Virus record (IMG/VR): IMGVR_UViG_3300020188_000808
Location: 1 to 64,000 of that record
Strand: one strand, 5' to 3'
Length of the DNA stretch: 64,000 bases
The position numbers were made by a program, and so were the translations under genes. Shown here in pieces: positions 36,252-47,400 of this stretch; the first letter of the stretch is position 1; each line of letters opens with the position of its first letter. The notes under the pieces were generated by a model that was not told the origin of the DNA, ran no database searches, and saw only the letters and a program-made list of their open reading frames with translations.

Positions 36252-38084
36252 TTAGTTATTAATGCCTGCTAGTGATTTGATTCTTTCCATCTCACCATCT
36301 TTTCCTTGCACTAATCTTGCAATCATCTTCTCAGCTACTGGTACGCTTTCTTCACCAAATTCTTTTTCACATGCAGTTACTACTGCCTGCTCGCCTTTTG
36401 GAAAGTTGTTAGTTGTGTAGTCATAATAACTTTTAACTAGCTCTTCTAACTTCTCACCTGCTGTTCTTGTATCTTGTTCTTCTCCGTCCATGTCGTCCGG
36501 AGTATCAGCTTTCATCATTTGACCTTTACTATTGATTTTGACATCCATAGTATCGTCATCTTCATATTTGTCAGCATCTTTTTCTAATGATGCTTTACGC
36601 TTCATTAGTTCTTTTTTAAGTTCTGGATCTTTTGATGTCTCCGGATCTATTTGTAAATCTTGTAATGCTTTTTGTTTAGCATCGTAGTCATCTTTGTCTT
36701 TAGTTGGTGTATACTGTGATTCTGTTTCAAGATCACCTGTATCAATTTTTGTTAATATACTTGGATTTTTTCCTTTTAAGTATTTCATTACTAATGGACG
36801 GACACATGTATCTGCATCTTTTTGTCCAACTTTTTTGAACATGTCTAGTAGCATTGGGTCATCTATAATGCCCTTCATGCTTTCGATTGCATTCGTGCCG
36901 TTTATTCCGGCAGGAAAATGTTGAGCCATTAAGCCATTAATTTGTTTAACCGCGGCCGCTTGTGCTTCTTCGTCACCGTCAATTAATGCATTGTCTTCCT
37001 CTCCTACGATTGAATCTAACGCCCTTTCAAATTCCATTTCTGGAGTTTGTACTTCTGAAACTTCTACTTCTGCCTCTACTTCAGTTTCTGTAACAAAGTC
37101 TTCTGGCGATACTTCTTTTGCCGTTGTTACTTCACTTACTAACCTGTATACATATGGAAATACATCTTTTAATTCTTCGTTAAAAGATCTAATAGTTAAT
37201 TGGTCAATCCAATTTTCTGCAACGTCTTCTGGAACATTTTCATTTACTACTGGAGTAAAGTTTTCAAATGCTTCTTTGTAATACGCACTACGTTGTAGTT
37301 TCATTACTTCTGTTTTAATATTTTCTAGTCTTACATCTACGGCTTCCATATAACCTTTTAAGCCTTCTGCCATTACGCTTGAACGGTTCATGTAAGTTTT
37401 AAACTTGCGTAGTTTGTTTAATTCTGTTGACATCTCAACAATATGTTTACCAAACTCGTCGTATTGATTTCCGCCTTCGGCAACATGTCTTGCCATTGCT
37501 CTTGCACCATTTAAATGTCTGAACGGATATTTAAATCTTTCGCCAGCTTCACTTTCAATATACATACTGTGTACATTTTGTGTTCTTGATCCAGGAACTT
37601 CTAAGTTTACTGGTTTGGTGTGTTTAAGTACTAAGCGAGCAGTATCGATATTTTCGAAACTTGTTCTACTCGTACCGTACATGTTTGACTCACTCATTTG
37701 TGTTTCTCCGGCAGTTTTTGTTAAGTGTGCGTAATCTCGTTTATCAAGATTACTTTTAGTAATATCTCTTGTATCAAAGTTTAGCATATGTTTTTTAGAA
37801 AAAATTCTAATTTCTTTTAAAAAGTTATACCAATTGTTTTTTTCAGCTTCTCCAGCTTCAGCCATAAAGTCTTGATTATATAATACAGTAATGCCTGATT
37901 TTTCATCTAGTGTAATACTAACTTTTCCAAGTACATTATTGCCTTCTTTATAGTCAAAGTCAAAATACTTTGCTAATTTAGGCTCGTCTGTTACTGTACC
38001 CATTTCATCACCAATTGTTACAGATGGAAATCTGCCTCTAATTTTAGCGAATAGTTTTTCTGACACTGGTTCTAAGTTGCTCAT
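36252..38084 (-). CDS. Large acidic hypothetical late protein
   Basis: 610 aa; TAAATA-N5-ATG; adjacent to terminase. Confidence 0.8.
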   Translation of the reverse strand: MSNLEPVSEKLFAKIRGRFPSVTIGDEMGTVTDEPKLAKYFDFDYKEGNNVLGKVSITLDEKSGITVLYNQDFMAEAGEAEKNNWYNFLKEIRIFSKKHMLNFDTRDITKSNLDKRDYAHLTKTAGETQMSESNMYGTSRTSFENIDTARLVLKHTKPVNLEVPGSRTQNVHSMYIESEAGERFKYPFRHLNGARAMARHVAEGGNQYDEFGKHIVEMSTELNKLRKFKTYMNRSSVMAEGLKGYMEAVDVRLENIKTEVMKLQRSAYYKEAFENFTPVVNENVPEDVAENWIDQLTIRSFNEELKDVFPYVYRLVSEVTTAKEVSPEDFVTETEVEAEVEVSEVQTPEMEFERALDSIVGEEDNALIDGDEEAQAAAVKQINGLMAQHFPAGINGTNAIESMKGIIDDPMLLDMFKKVGQKDADTCVRPLVMKYLKGKNPSILTKIDTGDLETESQYTPTKDKDDYDAKQKALQDLQIDPETSKDPELKKELMKRKASLEKDADKYEDDDTMDVKINSKGQMMKADTPDDMDGEEQDTRTAGEKLEELVKSYYDYTTNNFPKGEQAVVTACEKEFGEESVPVAEKMIARLVQGKDGEMERIKSLAGINN

Positions 38085-38092
38085 GTTAATAT

Positions 38093-39682
38093 TTATCTCA
38101 TATTAGTCGAAACGAATATAGGCATGGGCGGTTCGTAATCTTCGGCCGCTTCTGCTTGATTAAACGATTCGTACACTCTTGGATCCCAGTCTTTTAATAC
38201 TGCAATTATACGCATACTTAGTAGTGTTGCACTAACTAAATCGTCCGTTTCTCCGGGTTTTGCTTTATAACTACTACCACTTGCTACAAATCCTTTAAGC
38301 TCTGATAGTAATACTTTACTGTTTACTTCTAGTTTATCGTTCTCAATCATAGTCTTTAAACGACTACAAGCACTAATTTTTGTACTGTGTGTTGTGTTAA
38401 ATCCTTTACGGAACTTGCGTACATGTCCTTTACGCATAGGCTCACTTGTAAGTAGCCCTGGTATATTCTCTTCTCCAAGATCTCTAATAACAATTAATGC
38501 ACCTTCTCCAATACTATTGTTCTCTACACTCCAATATATATTTGATCCGTTGTTATTACAACATTCTTTAATGTAATCACATATATCTTTTAAAACTCTA
38601 ATTTGTCCTGGTATAGCAGTTTCATTGTGTCTCCACTCTGCTACTTGCTTATAGCTTGGTACTTCAAATACTTGTATTGCGGCAAAGTCGCCACCTGTAC
38701 CCATACTAGGATCAAGTGCAACAACGTAACTATTGTCCCCTGTTGGTTTTTTATACCAACGTGTTTGGCCCATGTTAAGTATTGGATCTTTGCCTTCCAT
38801 TGATGCTAACTTAATACTATTAATAAGTGTTTCATCATAGATTAAAAATTCGCAACCATACTCACGGCGAAACTTTTCTTCACCAATACGACCAATTTCA
38901 TTCTTCCTCCATTCTTCATCTCTGTCAGGATGTTCGTCCCAACTACATGTAAATCCATGAAAGCCATTCTTACCAATATCTGATTCGTTACCGTGTTCGT
39001 CAAACTTATCTGCAGACTCTTTCCAAATAATAGCAAACGTATCTTCGTCTGAGTTAGGTGTACTTGTAATAATAGCTCTACCACCTGTTGCTAGTGTAGG
39101 TGATATTGATGTCCAAAATTCTTCTGCAATATTAGGATTAACAAATGCAAACTCGTCACAGTATAGTAATGATATGGACATACCACGTCCTGTGTTTCCT
39201 GTTGTAGTAGCACTTACAATACGTGAACCGTTTTCAAATTCCATACTACCTTTGTTGTAGTTTGTTACTCCTGCTCTAATATGATCAGCACACATTTCGT
39301 ACACGTATCTAATACGTTGCATAATTTCCTGTGCGCCTGTGTATTTGTGTGCGGCAATTAGAATAGTTTGATCTGGATGGAACATAGCATACCAACACAA
39401 GTAAATTGCGGCAGTAGTAGTTTTACCAGTTTGTCTTGGTAACATATTAATATTAAAACGGAAGTCGTGATAACTCTGTAGTAACCGTTCTTGATATGCA
39501 AACGGATCAAATAATAATTTACCTTTTACAGGGTGCTGAATGAATGCAAACTTCTTAGCAAAGTACAAGTATCCATCTTTTGGATCCATGCATCTGCGTA
39601 GGTCTTCAATCTGCGCCTCAGTATATGTATCTCTGGTATGTGCCTTTTTTGTTAAGACACCATCTAAACTCTTTGTTGCCAT
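38093..39682 (-). CDS. Terminase large subunit (gp17-like)
   Basis: PRQTGKT, YCDEFAF, ITSTPN, nuclease ALDPS...DDLV. Confidence 0.95.
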   Translation of the reverse strand: MATKSLDGVLTKKAHTRDTYTEAQIEDLRRCMDPKDGYLYFAKKFAFIQHPVKGKLLFDPFAYQERLLQSYHDFRFNINMLPRQTGKTTTAAIYLCWYAMFHPDQTILIAAHKYTGAQEIMQRIRYVYEMCADHIRAGVTNYNKGSMEFENGSRIVSATTTGNTGRGMSISLLYCDEFAFVNPNIAEEFWTSISPTLATGGRAIITSTPNSDEDTFAIIWKESADKFDEHGNESDIGKNGFHGFTCSWDEHPDRDEEWRKNEIGRIGEEKFRREYGCEFLIYDETLINSIKLASMEGKDPILNMGQTRWYKKPTGDNSYVVALDPSMGTGGDFAAIQVFEVPSYKQVAEWRHNETAIPGQIRVLKDICDYIKECCNNNGSNIYWSVENNSIGEGALIVIRDLGEENIPGLLTSEPMRKGHVRKFRKGFNTTHSTKISACSRLKTMIENDKLEVNSKVLLSELKGFVASGSSYKAKPGETDDLVSATLLSMRIIAVLKDWDPRVYESFNQAEAAEDYEPPMPIFVSTNMR

Positions 39683-39696
39683 ACTATTATTTACTC

Positions 39697-39723
39697 AAAA
39701 AAATACCCGCCGGAGCGGGTATT
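39697..39723 (-). terminator. Intrinsic terminator
   Basis: Minus strand AATACCCGC-TCCG-GCGGGTATT followed by a T-run. Confidence 0.85.
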
Positions 39724-39753
39724 GAGTTTGACGTTTTAACTTTATTATTATTC

Positions 39754-40335
39754 TTAACTACAGCCGCAACTTGAACAAGCCATTAGCTTCTTCTTGGTAT
39801 TTTTACCACATTCTGGACATTTACCTTCGCCCATTAGTTCGGCATATTTGTTTTTTAGTTCTTCTTTAATCTCATCTTCAAGTGACATTGGATTGTCACC
39901 TCCAGCTGTTGCTGGGTAAGAACCTTTTTGTTTGTTAAGTCCACCACTTAAATCTTTAGTCATGTACTTAGTATCTTGGTGTTGCTCATCTGGGCTATTG
40001 TCATAATCTTCTGCTTCAACACTATCATTACAACTACTTGCACCAATATGTTGCTTGCCACAAATCTTGCATGGTGCTTTTTGCATTCCAGGTTTAAGAT
40101 CATCCATGTCGCTTGGTGGTCCCATAGGCTCGTCTAATCCTTTAATTGCCGCCATTGATTTCTCAATGTCACCACGCATACCTAAACTTGGTGCCGGTGC
40201 TGGATTAATATCTTTATCGCCTAATACCTTAAACAGTTCGCCTACTTCTTGTGGACTATCACCTGTTAATGAAATATTCATTGATGCCGCTTCGTTAAGT
40301 GCATCAATTTTTTTATAAATGTCTTCTAGTTTCAT
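39754..40335 (-). CDS. Hypothetical protein with Cys clusters
   Basis: Start at MKLEDIY after GGAG; CKIC, CPEC...CSSCGCS. Confidence 0.7.
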   Translation of the reverse strand: MKLEDIYKKIDALNEAASMNISLTGDSPQEVGELFKVLGDKDINPAPAPSLGMRGDIEKSMAAIKGLDEPMGPPSDMDDLKPGMQKAPCKICGKQHIGASSCNDSVEAEDYDNSPDEQHQDTKYMTKDLSGGLNKQKGSYPATAGGDNPMSLEDEIKEELKNKYAELMGEGKCPECGKNTKKKLMACSSCGCS

Positions 40336-40336
40336 G

Positions 40337-40903
40337 TTATTTGCTCCCCATAGGGCTAGTGTTACCTGGTTCGCCCATATCTTGAATTTGTTCTTTGTTA
40401 ACTGCAACAGATCCAATTGGATCGTTTTCTCTTTCTTTACGTGCTTGTTCTAACTCTGCTAATAGTCCCATAATTCTTTCGCCTGTTACTGTCTTGTGAA
40501 CTGCTGGATCTGATTCTGGTAAATCGCTTCCTAAATTTGGCTCGTAAACTTTATTGTATTCTGCATCTTGATACTGTTCTTGTGGAGCATCTAAATTTCT
40601 TACAATTAAATGTGACTCTGGTAGTCCGCATGTTTGTGTTAGGTATTCTGCTACTACTGGTGCAATAGTTGGATATGCTAATTCAGCTTCGCAATAGTTA
40701 ACTTCTGTATTTTGTAATTGAGGAAAATCTAATGGACGTTCTGTAATTGGTGTACGTTTGCAATCAGTCATGTTAATAACGCCAAACTTCTGTAGTGCAG
40801 TTTCCATGGTGTCCATGCACCCTTCAGGTAGCTCTCCGGCAATACCAATTTTAAATTTATAAGTCTTTTTAGACTCTGTTAAATAATCTGCAAATGTCTT
40901 CAT
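40337..40903 (-). CDS. Hypothetical late protein
   Basis: MKTFADYLTE N-terminus, a style common in head-associated proteins of T4-like phages; TAAATA upstream. Confidence 0.75.
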   Translation of the reverse strand: MKTFADYLTESKKTYKFKIGIAGELPEGCMDTMETALQKFGVINMTDCKRTPITERPLDFPQLQNTEVNYCEAELAYPTIAPVVAEYLTQTCGLPESHLIVRNLDAPQEQYQDAEYNKVYEPNLGSDLPESDPAVHKTVTGERIMGLLAELEQARKERENDPIGSVAVNKEQIQDMGEPGNTSPMGSK

Positions 40904-40920
40904 ATCAGTTCCTTATATGT

Positions 40921-41409
40921 TTATTTATCCATGTTTTTCAATTTTTCAAGCAAACTATTACGGTCTGTTACTACGTAACCTTCGCCATTTACAAGTCCTG
41001 AATCTTCAAATCCACTGTCTTTGTCTTGCTTTTCTTTTTTAAGTTGCAAGTCGATCATTTTTAATTTTTTATCTAGTTTCGCAACTTTGGCATCGAGAGC
41101 CGTTTTAAGCATTCCTCCAGCCACTTCAAATACTCTGCCACTATACCTTGCCTCCACGTTCATGCCTAAATCCATTAAGTCGTCATATGCTGTAGTAGCT
41201 TTTAGTGCAATCTCGTTGAGTTCTTTATCTGCTAATTCTCCTAGACCTTTTACAGCTGGTAATGCCGCAGTAATCTTATCAAGCTCTGCAATGTCTCTAA
41301 AGTCTTCGTCAGTACTTGCTTTAACTACATTGTTAGACTTTGACTTTTCTTCTTGAATAATCTCTTGGCTTTCAGGCAAATTGAGTAATTCTTCTAGTTT
41401 TTTAGTCAT
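40921..41409 (-). CDS. Putative terminase small subunit (gp16-like)
   Basis: GRVFEVAGGMLK resembles the gp16 R-x-(F/Y)-EV motif; size and proximity to gp17. Confidence 0.55.
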   Translation of the reverse strand: MTKKLEELLNLPESQEIIQEEKSKSNNVVKASTDEDFRDIAELDKITAALPAVKGLGELADKELNEIALKATTAYDDLMDLGMNVEARYSGRVFEVAGGMLKTALDAKVAKLDKKLKMIDLQLKKEKQDKDSGFEDSGLVNGEGYVVTDRNSLLEKLKNMDK

Positions 41410-41443
41410 TTTGGTTTTCCATTATATACTACTATTATTTATC

Positions 41444-41881
41444 CTATTTTCTCTTGCCTGAGTGGAAAATGTCTTTTTCGGTTATAACCCTAAAGAATAT
41501 TTTCTTCTGTTTACACCATGCTCTTGCGGCTTCCCATTTAGCAACATTTTGGATATACTGTGCTTGACGCCATTTATCACGTCCAACATTCTCTTTCATA
41601 GTTTGGTTATCAGGCTTAACTTCAATTAGTTCAACATGTGGTCTACCATTTTTATCGCTGTACTGTATTAAGAAGTCTGGAACATAAACTGTGTGCTTGC
41701 CTGTTAATGGATTTCTATATGGAATTTTAACACTCTCACTTGCCCATTTACTAACACTAGGACTTTCGTCACAGAATTTCATAAATGCAAATTCCCAACT
41801 ACTTCTATACAATGGTGTTTTTGTACCTAAGTATTTTTCAGGAAACTTTAATGAATAGCGACCTTGAGCAAACTTACCCAT
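41444..41881 (-). CDS. Head completion nuclease (gp4-like)
   Basis: YRSSWE, YVPDF, IEVKP, KWEAA, ITE. Confidence 0.9.
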   Translation of the reverse strand: MGKFAQGRYSLKFPEKYLGTKTPLYRSSWEFAFMKFCDESPSVSKWASESVKIPYRNPLTGKHTVYVPDFLIQYSDKNGRPHVELIEVKPDNQTMKENVGRDKWRQAQYIQNVAKWEAARAWCKQKKIFFRVITEKDIFHSGKRK

Positions 41882-41885
41882 AGCA

Positions 41886-42272
41886 TTATACCACTATGTT
41901 TCTAGTTTCTAGTTTATTAGTTGCTTGGTCCACTTTATAACCTAGTGTACTAATTTTTGCTCTATTATAATTTAAAATTTCTGTAATTACAGTACTCAAC
42001 TGTATATCATCAAACCCTCCTAGAGTGTCTAATAATTCAAATATTTTTACATTGTCTATCTTTGCTTGTTGCATAACAATAGTAGCAACACTAGTTGAAC
42101 TAACTTCATCAAACCCTCTTTTAGCAAAGAACCCAACTGTTGCATCAACTTCATTGCTTGAAAATTCAAACGGTTTTGTATAATATTGATCAAAGAATTG
42201 TTTTACTGATGTAGCACTATCTCCTGTTTTTGCAGGAAGGTTACCGTATAAGTTTGTTGGCGTTGATGGCAT
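41886..42272 (-). CDS. Hypothetical protein
   Basis: ORF in the tail operon. Confidence 0.75.
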   Translation of the reverse strand: MPSTPTNLYGNLPAKTGDSATSVKQFFDQYYTKPFEFSSNEVDATVGFFAKRGFDEVSSTSVATIVMQQAKIDNVKIFELLDTLGGFDDIQLSTVITEILNYNRAKISTLGYKVDQATNKLETRNIVV

Positions 42273-42281
42273 AATTTATTC

Positions 42282-43640
42282 CTATGTAAAGTCTAGGCTT
42301 GATCCGTTAGCATTTGCAATAGCCGCCGATCGTGCTTTAACTTTGTTTGCTTCACTTTGTGCATTGTATGCCGCAGTTATCATTTGCGGTATTGGACTGC
42401 CTCCATTGTTAATATGACTTTTCTTAAATGCTGTTGCTTTAGCTAATGAATCAGCCGCTCCTTTATTACCACTTAAGAAGTTAGTAACACTACTTAGTGG
42501 GTTTGGTATTTTTCCAGAAGCAATGCCGGCTAATCCAGCCACTCCTGCAACTGTAGCAATAGTACTAAAGTCTCCACCTAGTCCACTTGATTTAGGAAAT
42601 GCAACGTTTGCAACGCCACTAACATCAATACCTGTAGCTTTGCCAATTTGGTCTTTTAAGATACCAAATCCTTCTTGGCGTAATCCATCTGATCCTAAAT
42701 TTTTAGCATTTTGTGTAATGCTAGTTGCTTTTAATACTGTTCCTAAAAAGTTTGCCGGACTACTAAATGCCGCGCCGCTACTAATGTCTCCAAAGACATC
42801 TGCTATGCCTCCTGCAATGCCGCCAATGCCAAACACACTTGATGTTCCTCCACCTGCTAATGAATTAGGACTTGGTGTTTGATCATAATGTCCACTAGCA
42901 CTACCAAAGCTCTTAGGAGCAATGCCGTCTTTAACTGGACCTCTAGCATACCATACAGTTTCGTATTGAACTGTCATTGAATTTTGTACTGTATCACTTG
43001 AACTGTTATCTAAACTATCATGTTCCCAAGCACTAATTATTGGATTAACTAAAGTAAAACAAGTATAACGCTTTCTTGACATTTGATAAATTTGAATACT
43101 TTCAAAGAACGGTTTGAAACTATCATTGTCCATTCCGTATCTATAACTATTTGACAATTCACCTTGGTACGTATTACCTCTGTTGTAGGCCGCGTTTGAA
43201 GTGTTAGGATTAGAACTACCATCTACACTTGCATAGTTTCCATCTTTAAAATAATATCTATAATATGCTTCCCACATAGCAGTTGTCTGACCATAGTTAT
43301 CATCGTGGAATGTAACATTAATTGGATCGTAATCTAATCTTGTTTGTAAATTTCTTTTTTGGTTGTATTGATGTTTTAGCGTTGTTGCAATTTGATACTT
43401 AGGTAAGTCAACTTGTTTAACAAGCATATTAATTTCTTGTGTTTTTAATTGAGGAATTAATGCTACAGCTTCTGGATTTAAATTAAATGTTACATGATAA
43501 AGAAATTTAGATTTAGGACTTAATCTATGTGCATCATCAACATAAAGTCTTGCCGCGTGAGCCGCATCGCCTAGGTTTCCTTTAGGACTCAATGCTCCGC
43601 TTATTAAGTTGTTTAAAAAACCGTTAAGTTTATTTGCCAT
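42282..43640 (-). CDS. Tail-tube-like baseplate junction protein (gp54/gp48-like)
   Basis: VDLP...YDPINVTFHDD...FTLVNP tube-fold pattern; next to gp19. Confidence 0.55.
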   Translation of the reverse strand: MANKLNGFLNNLISGALSPKGNLGDAAHAARLYVDDAHRLSPKSKFLYHVTFNLNPEAVALIPQLKTQEINMLVKQVDLPKYQIATTLKHQYNQKRNLQTRLDYDPINVTFHDDNYGQTTAMWEAYYRYYFKDGNYASVDGSSNPNTSNAAYNRGNTYQGELSNSYRYGMDNDSFKPFFESIQIYQMSRKRYTCFTLVNPIISAWEHDSLDNSSSDTVQNSMTVQYETVWYARGPVKDGIAPKSFGSASGHYDQTPSPNSLAGGGTSSVFGIGGIAGGIADVFGDISSGAAFSSPANFLGTVLKATSITQNAKNLGSDGLRQEGFGILKDQIGKATGIDVSGVANVAFPKSSGLGGDFSTIATVAGVAGLAGIASGKIPNPLSSVTNFLSGNKGAADSLAKATAFKKSHINNGGSPIPQMITAAYNAQSEANKVKARSAAIANANGSSLDFT

Positions 43641-43700
43641 TTTTACGTATTCCTCATACTCTTATACTAATATTTATCTAATATAATTAAGTGCGTAGAT

Positions 43701-43738
43701 AAAAAAAAAGGATGCCTAATTAAAGACACCCTTTTTAT
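43701..43738 (-). terminator. Intrinsic terminator after the tail tube gene
   Basis: Minus strand AGGGTGTCT...AGGCATCCT followed by a T-run. Confidence 0.75.
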
Positions 43739-43765
43739 ATACTTCAGGAAATATTGTTATTGTTA

Positions 43766-44395
43766 TTAACTAGCGCCGCCGCCTGTAATAGCTGTGTTAA
43801 CTGTACGTCCGATTGCTGTTCCTATGCCTGTTCCTTGTGGGCTTTGGATAGCGTTGTCATAACGTATCGCTAGTGCAACAGTTACTGGATCGTTAGTAGA
43901 GTAAGACAAGCTATTGTAGTTTGCTGACTCTAAGTAACAACCATACAATTCAAATGTCTCTAGTACACTTGCTGTATTAGCACCGTTACCACCGTCTAAT
44001 ATTTCAATTCTTGTAACGAATTTGTAATCGCTACCTGACGCCGCCGAACTTTGTTCAAAGAAGTCAAATTGTTTCTGTAGTTGCTCGCCAACAAGTTTTT
44101 GTACGTTGTTTGAAACATCTTCACGTAGGTTAAGTGTAATTGGTTCCCAAGTGTGTTTACCTGCTAGGTATACACGTGAGTTATACACATCTACTGTAAT
44201 TTGTTCAAAACTTACGTTAGGTCTTGTTACGTCTACAACCTGTTTAGTTAGTTCTGTTGTTGGTGTTGATACTCCAAAATTTTCAAGACTCACTCTAAAG
44301 CGGTATTGTAGTTTCGGCATCAACAAACCTTGGTTACTAGCTGAAGAGCTAGAATCCAAAGGTACTGTAATTTTGCTTAGTGTTGAAATTGCCAT
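43766..44395 (-). CDS. Tail tube protein (gp19-like)
   Basis: YRFRV, RP, YLAGKHTWEP, YDNA; follows the sheath gene. Confidence 0.85.
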   Translation of the reverse strand: MAISTLSKITVPLDSSSSASNQGLLMPKLQYRFRVSLENFGVSTPTTELTKQVVDVTRPNVSFEQITVDVYNSRVYLAGKHTWEPITLNLREDVSNNVQKLVGEQLQKQFDFFEQSSAASGSDYKFVTRIEILDGGNGANTASVLETFELYGCYLESANYNSLSYSTNDPVTVALAIRYDNAIQSPQGTGIGTAIGRTVNTAITGGGAS

Positions 44396-44428
44396 TATAA
44401 TATCTCCTGCTTATTAGTATTTATCATA

Positions 44429-47400
44429 TTAAAGTCCTGCTATCTCACCAGTGTTTTTAAGTCTTAATGGAATGTAAATAAACTCCACAGCTTTCACTGG
44501 TTCAATTGCTATATCTAAGTAAAGCTCATTTCTATCAATTCTAGTTGGTGTGTTGTTTGATTCATCACACACTACTAAGAAGTCATATAATGCTCTTTGA
44601 CCTACTAACTCTAATAGTAAACTATCTGCTTGTGCTTTAATCTCATCACGTGTGATTTTGTCATTTGGCTCAAAGATATAAGGTTTAGCAAGTTTGTTAA
44701 ACTGTGAACGTAAGTAAATTACTAGTCTTGCAACGTTGATTCTGTCTAAAGCACTAGCATTTTTAGCTCTTGTCTTTTGACCAAAGTTAACAAGTCCTGC
44801 ACCACTTAAGAACGTTACAGGGTTAATAGCATTGCTGTACAATGTATCACGCTGTCCTTCGTTAAGTGCTACGCTTTGGAATTCACCTTCGCTTGTAATG
44901 TATCCTGCACTTGAAGCATTTGTAATTCCACCACGTCTTGTTCCTGCTGGAGCAAACCATGGAAACGATACTTGATCGCTTAGTGCCATTGTGCGTAAGA
45001 TACCATGTGAAGCTGGAACAACTACGTTGTTACCTGCGTTATCACTTGTGAATAAACTTGGATAAAACACACCTAAGTATTCATCGTATGTTACAAGTCC
45101 ATCGTCATTGTCTTCAACTGCACCTTTTACGTTAGTTGCATATTCGTTCAATGAAGTTGCATCTGGTGTTAATCTAAACGGTAAGTCACCTACAACAAAT
45201 GCACTAATGCCTCTATCATAGTTAAGTGTTTTCATTTCACCAATTAGCTCTGAGTAACCAGGTGTTGCCATCAAGTTAAAGATTCTTGAATTATCATCTC
45301 TAATATCAGCATTGCTGTTAACCATTGCTTGTAATGCTTGTACTACAACTTTACGTTGAGCTTTTCTACCAAAAGAGCCTGCACCATTTTCTTGGTTAGC
45401 TGATTCAGTTACCCATCTGTTAGTTGCGTATGCACTCATTGACTCGTCGTTGTTAAATCTAATATTAAGTCCTGTAGTATCAATGTAGTTACGTACATAT
45501 TTCTTAACGTTAAATCCTGAACGTCTAGTATTCCAAAGCAACATACCTTTTGGATATAGTGCCGGATCTGGAGCGTCAAAGTCTAAGAAGTTACTTACTA
45601 GTAATTCAGCAATAGTTCCTGCTGTATCACCTTTAACACCTGAAATGCCATAACGTGCATCAGCAAACAAAATACCGTCTTCAGTAGTTTGGTCGCCTGT
45701 ATCAAGTGCAATGAACTTCAATGAAGTGCCATTGTATTTGTAAATCTTAGGATAATTTTCTAAGTCTGCTGTACTAATCCAAATGTCGCCATTTTTAAGA
45801 TCAGTTCCATCTGATTGCTTAGTTGGCTCAGTAGCTGAAACAATTGGTCCTGCTGGATCTGTTTTATCACCACTTACTGCATTATAAAAAGGTGCAGTTG
45901 AATCTTGATAACCTACCCATGTAGTACCGTTATGAATCATTAAGTCTACTTCGTCAACAATACTGTTGTACCATAATGCACCATCAGTTGTTAATGCTGT
46001 TGGAGCCAATGTACTTGCAGTATATGTTAAGTATTTCCAGTTACTAGCAACCATATCGTATGCATTGCCTGCGGCATCTGTATACAAGTTTGGTGTTGCT
46101 GTTGCCGCATTTGAGCCATTGTAAGCTACAAATCCTGCTAAAGCTAATCCGCTGTTAGTATCTGTAATGTGGATGTCACCACCGTCATTGTGTTCAATAA
46201 CAATTCTGTTTGAAGCATCAACACTTGCTACAACGTTAGTTAATCCTGCGGAGTTAATTGCTCCTGCAACATCATCTGCATCATCTGCATTACCGTTTGT
46301 TGTAACACTTACTGTAACTGCCGCACTTAGTACAGCACTTGCTGGACTAGTTTCTGCAATATCAAAAGCATAAGTTCCAGTTACTAGTTGTGTTGTGATA
46401 ATATCTGAAATAATTTTAGTATTACCAGTTGCTTGTCTTCTGTGAATCTTAAAGTCACCAATTGGATCAGTTGCTTCATCATTATTAGTTTTGATGTAAA
46501 CTGCGCCTACAGGTAAGTTTTTACCGCCGCCTGCTTTATCTAATGCAAACAACGCCGCTTCAGGTGTTGCATACATTGGAGCTGACTTAGTTTCCCACAA
46601 GCTAGTTGTGCCGTTCCACATTTTAACTTTCCAGTTAGCACCTAAATTAGGTTGTGTAGTTTTAACCCAGATACTTCCTGTTGGACGTGGACTTGTGTCA
46701 GTTGACTTATATTCAGGTACACTAGTATGCGGAGCAATACTTAACTTCGGTGCTTTAAAAGTAGCCGCTGTTAAACCAATCTCTGCTAATAGTGTTGAAG
46801 CGTTAGTTGCTAATACAACGTCTACGCCTGTTGAATAAATCTCTAATTTGTTGTTAACTACTGCTGAAGTAACTCCAGCAATACCTGCTGAACCAATAGC
46901 ACTTACAACATCACTTAATGCTGTTCCGCCACTAGTTACTACAGTTCCGTTAATGCTCATCGAAGCACCGTTAGTAATTGTTGCGTTGGAAACCGTACCA
47001 GTAACAGTTGCCCATGAACTAATCCATGCTGTAGTTCCTACTTGTACCCATGTACCATCGGATTTTTTGTAGTATAACTTGTTAAGTGTTGTAGTTGCAA
47101 CGATAGCGTAGTCACCAATTGCGCCAACAGAAGTTTTTGGTGCGCCGCCTGTTACTTTAGTTGTATCTGTAATCACTGTTGGAATTTTGTTAGTAAAGCT
47201 CTGTCCGCCAGTAACACTAGCCGATGCGCCGTTCCATTCAAAAATACCAAACACACTATTTGCTGTATCAAACCAATAAGTGCCGTCTGCTGGATTAGCC
47301 GCTGGTGCTGTAGCAGATGCCATTAGTTCTTTAGTGTTTAATGATGCTCTAGTTACATAAGCTCTGTTAGCTACTCCTAAGTATGAGTAGGCCGCTTGTA

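Noticed and set aside
11620-39682. Inteins or introns in helicase, UvsW, UvsX or terminase
   Set aside because: Lengths are ordinary, motifs are contiguous and no splicing motifs were seen
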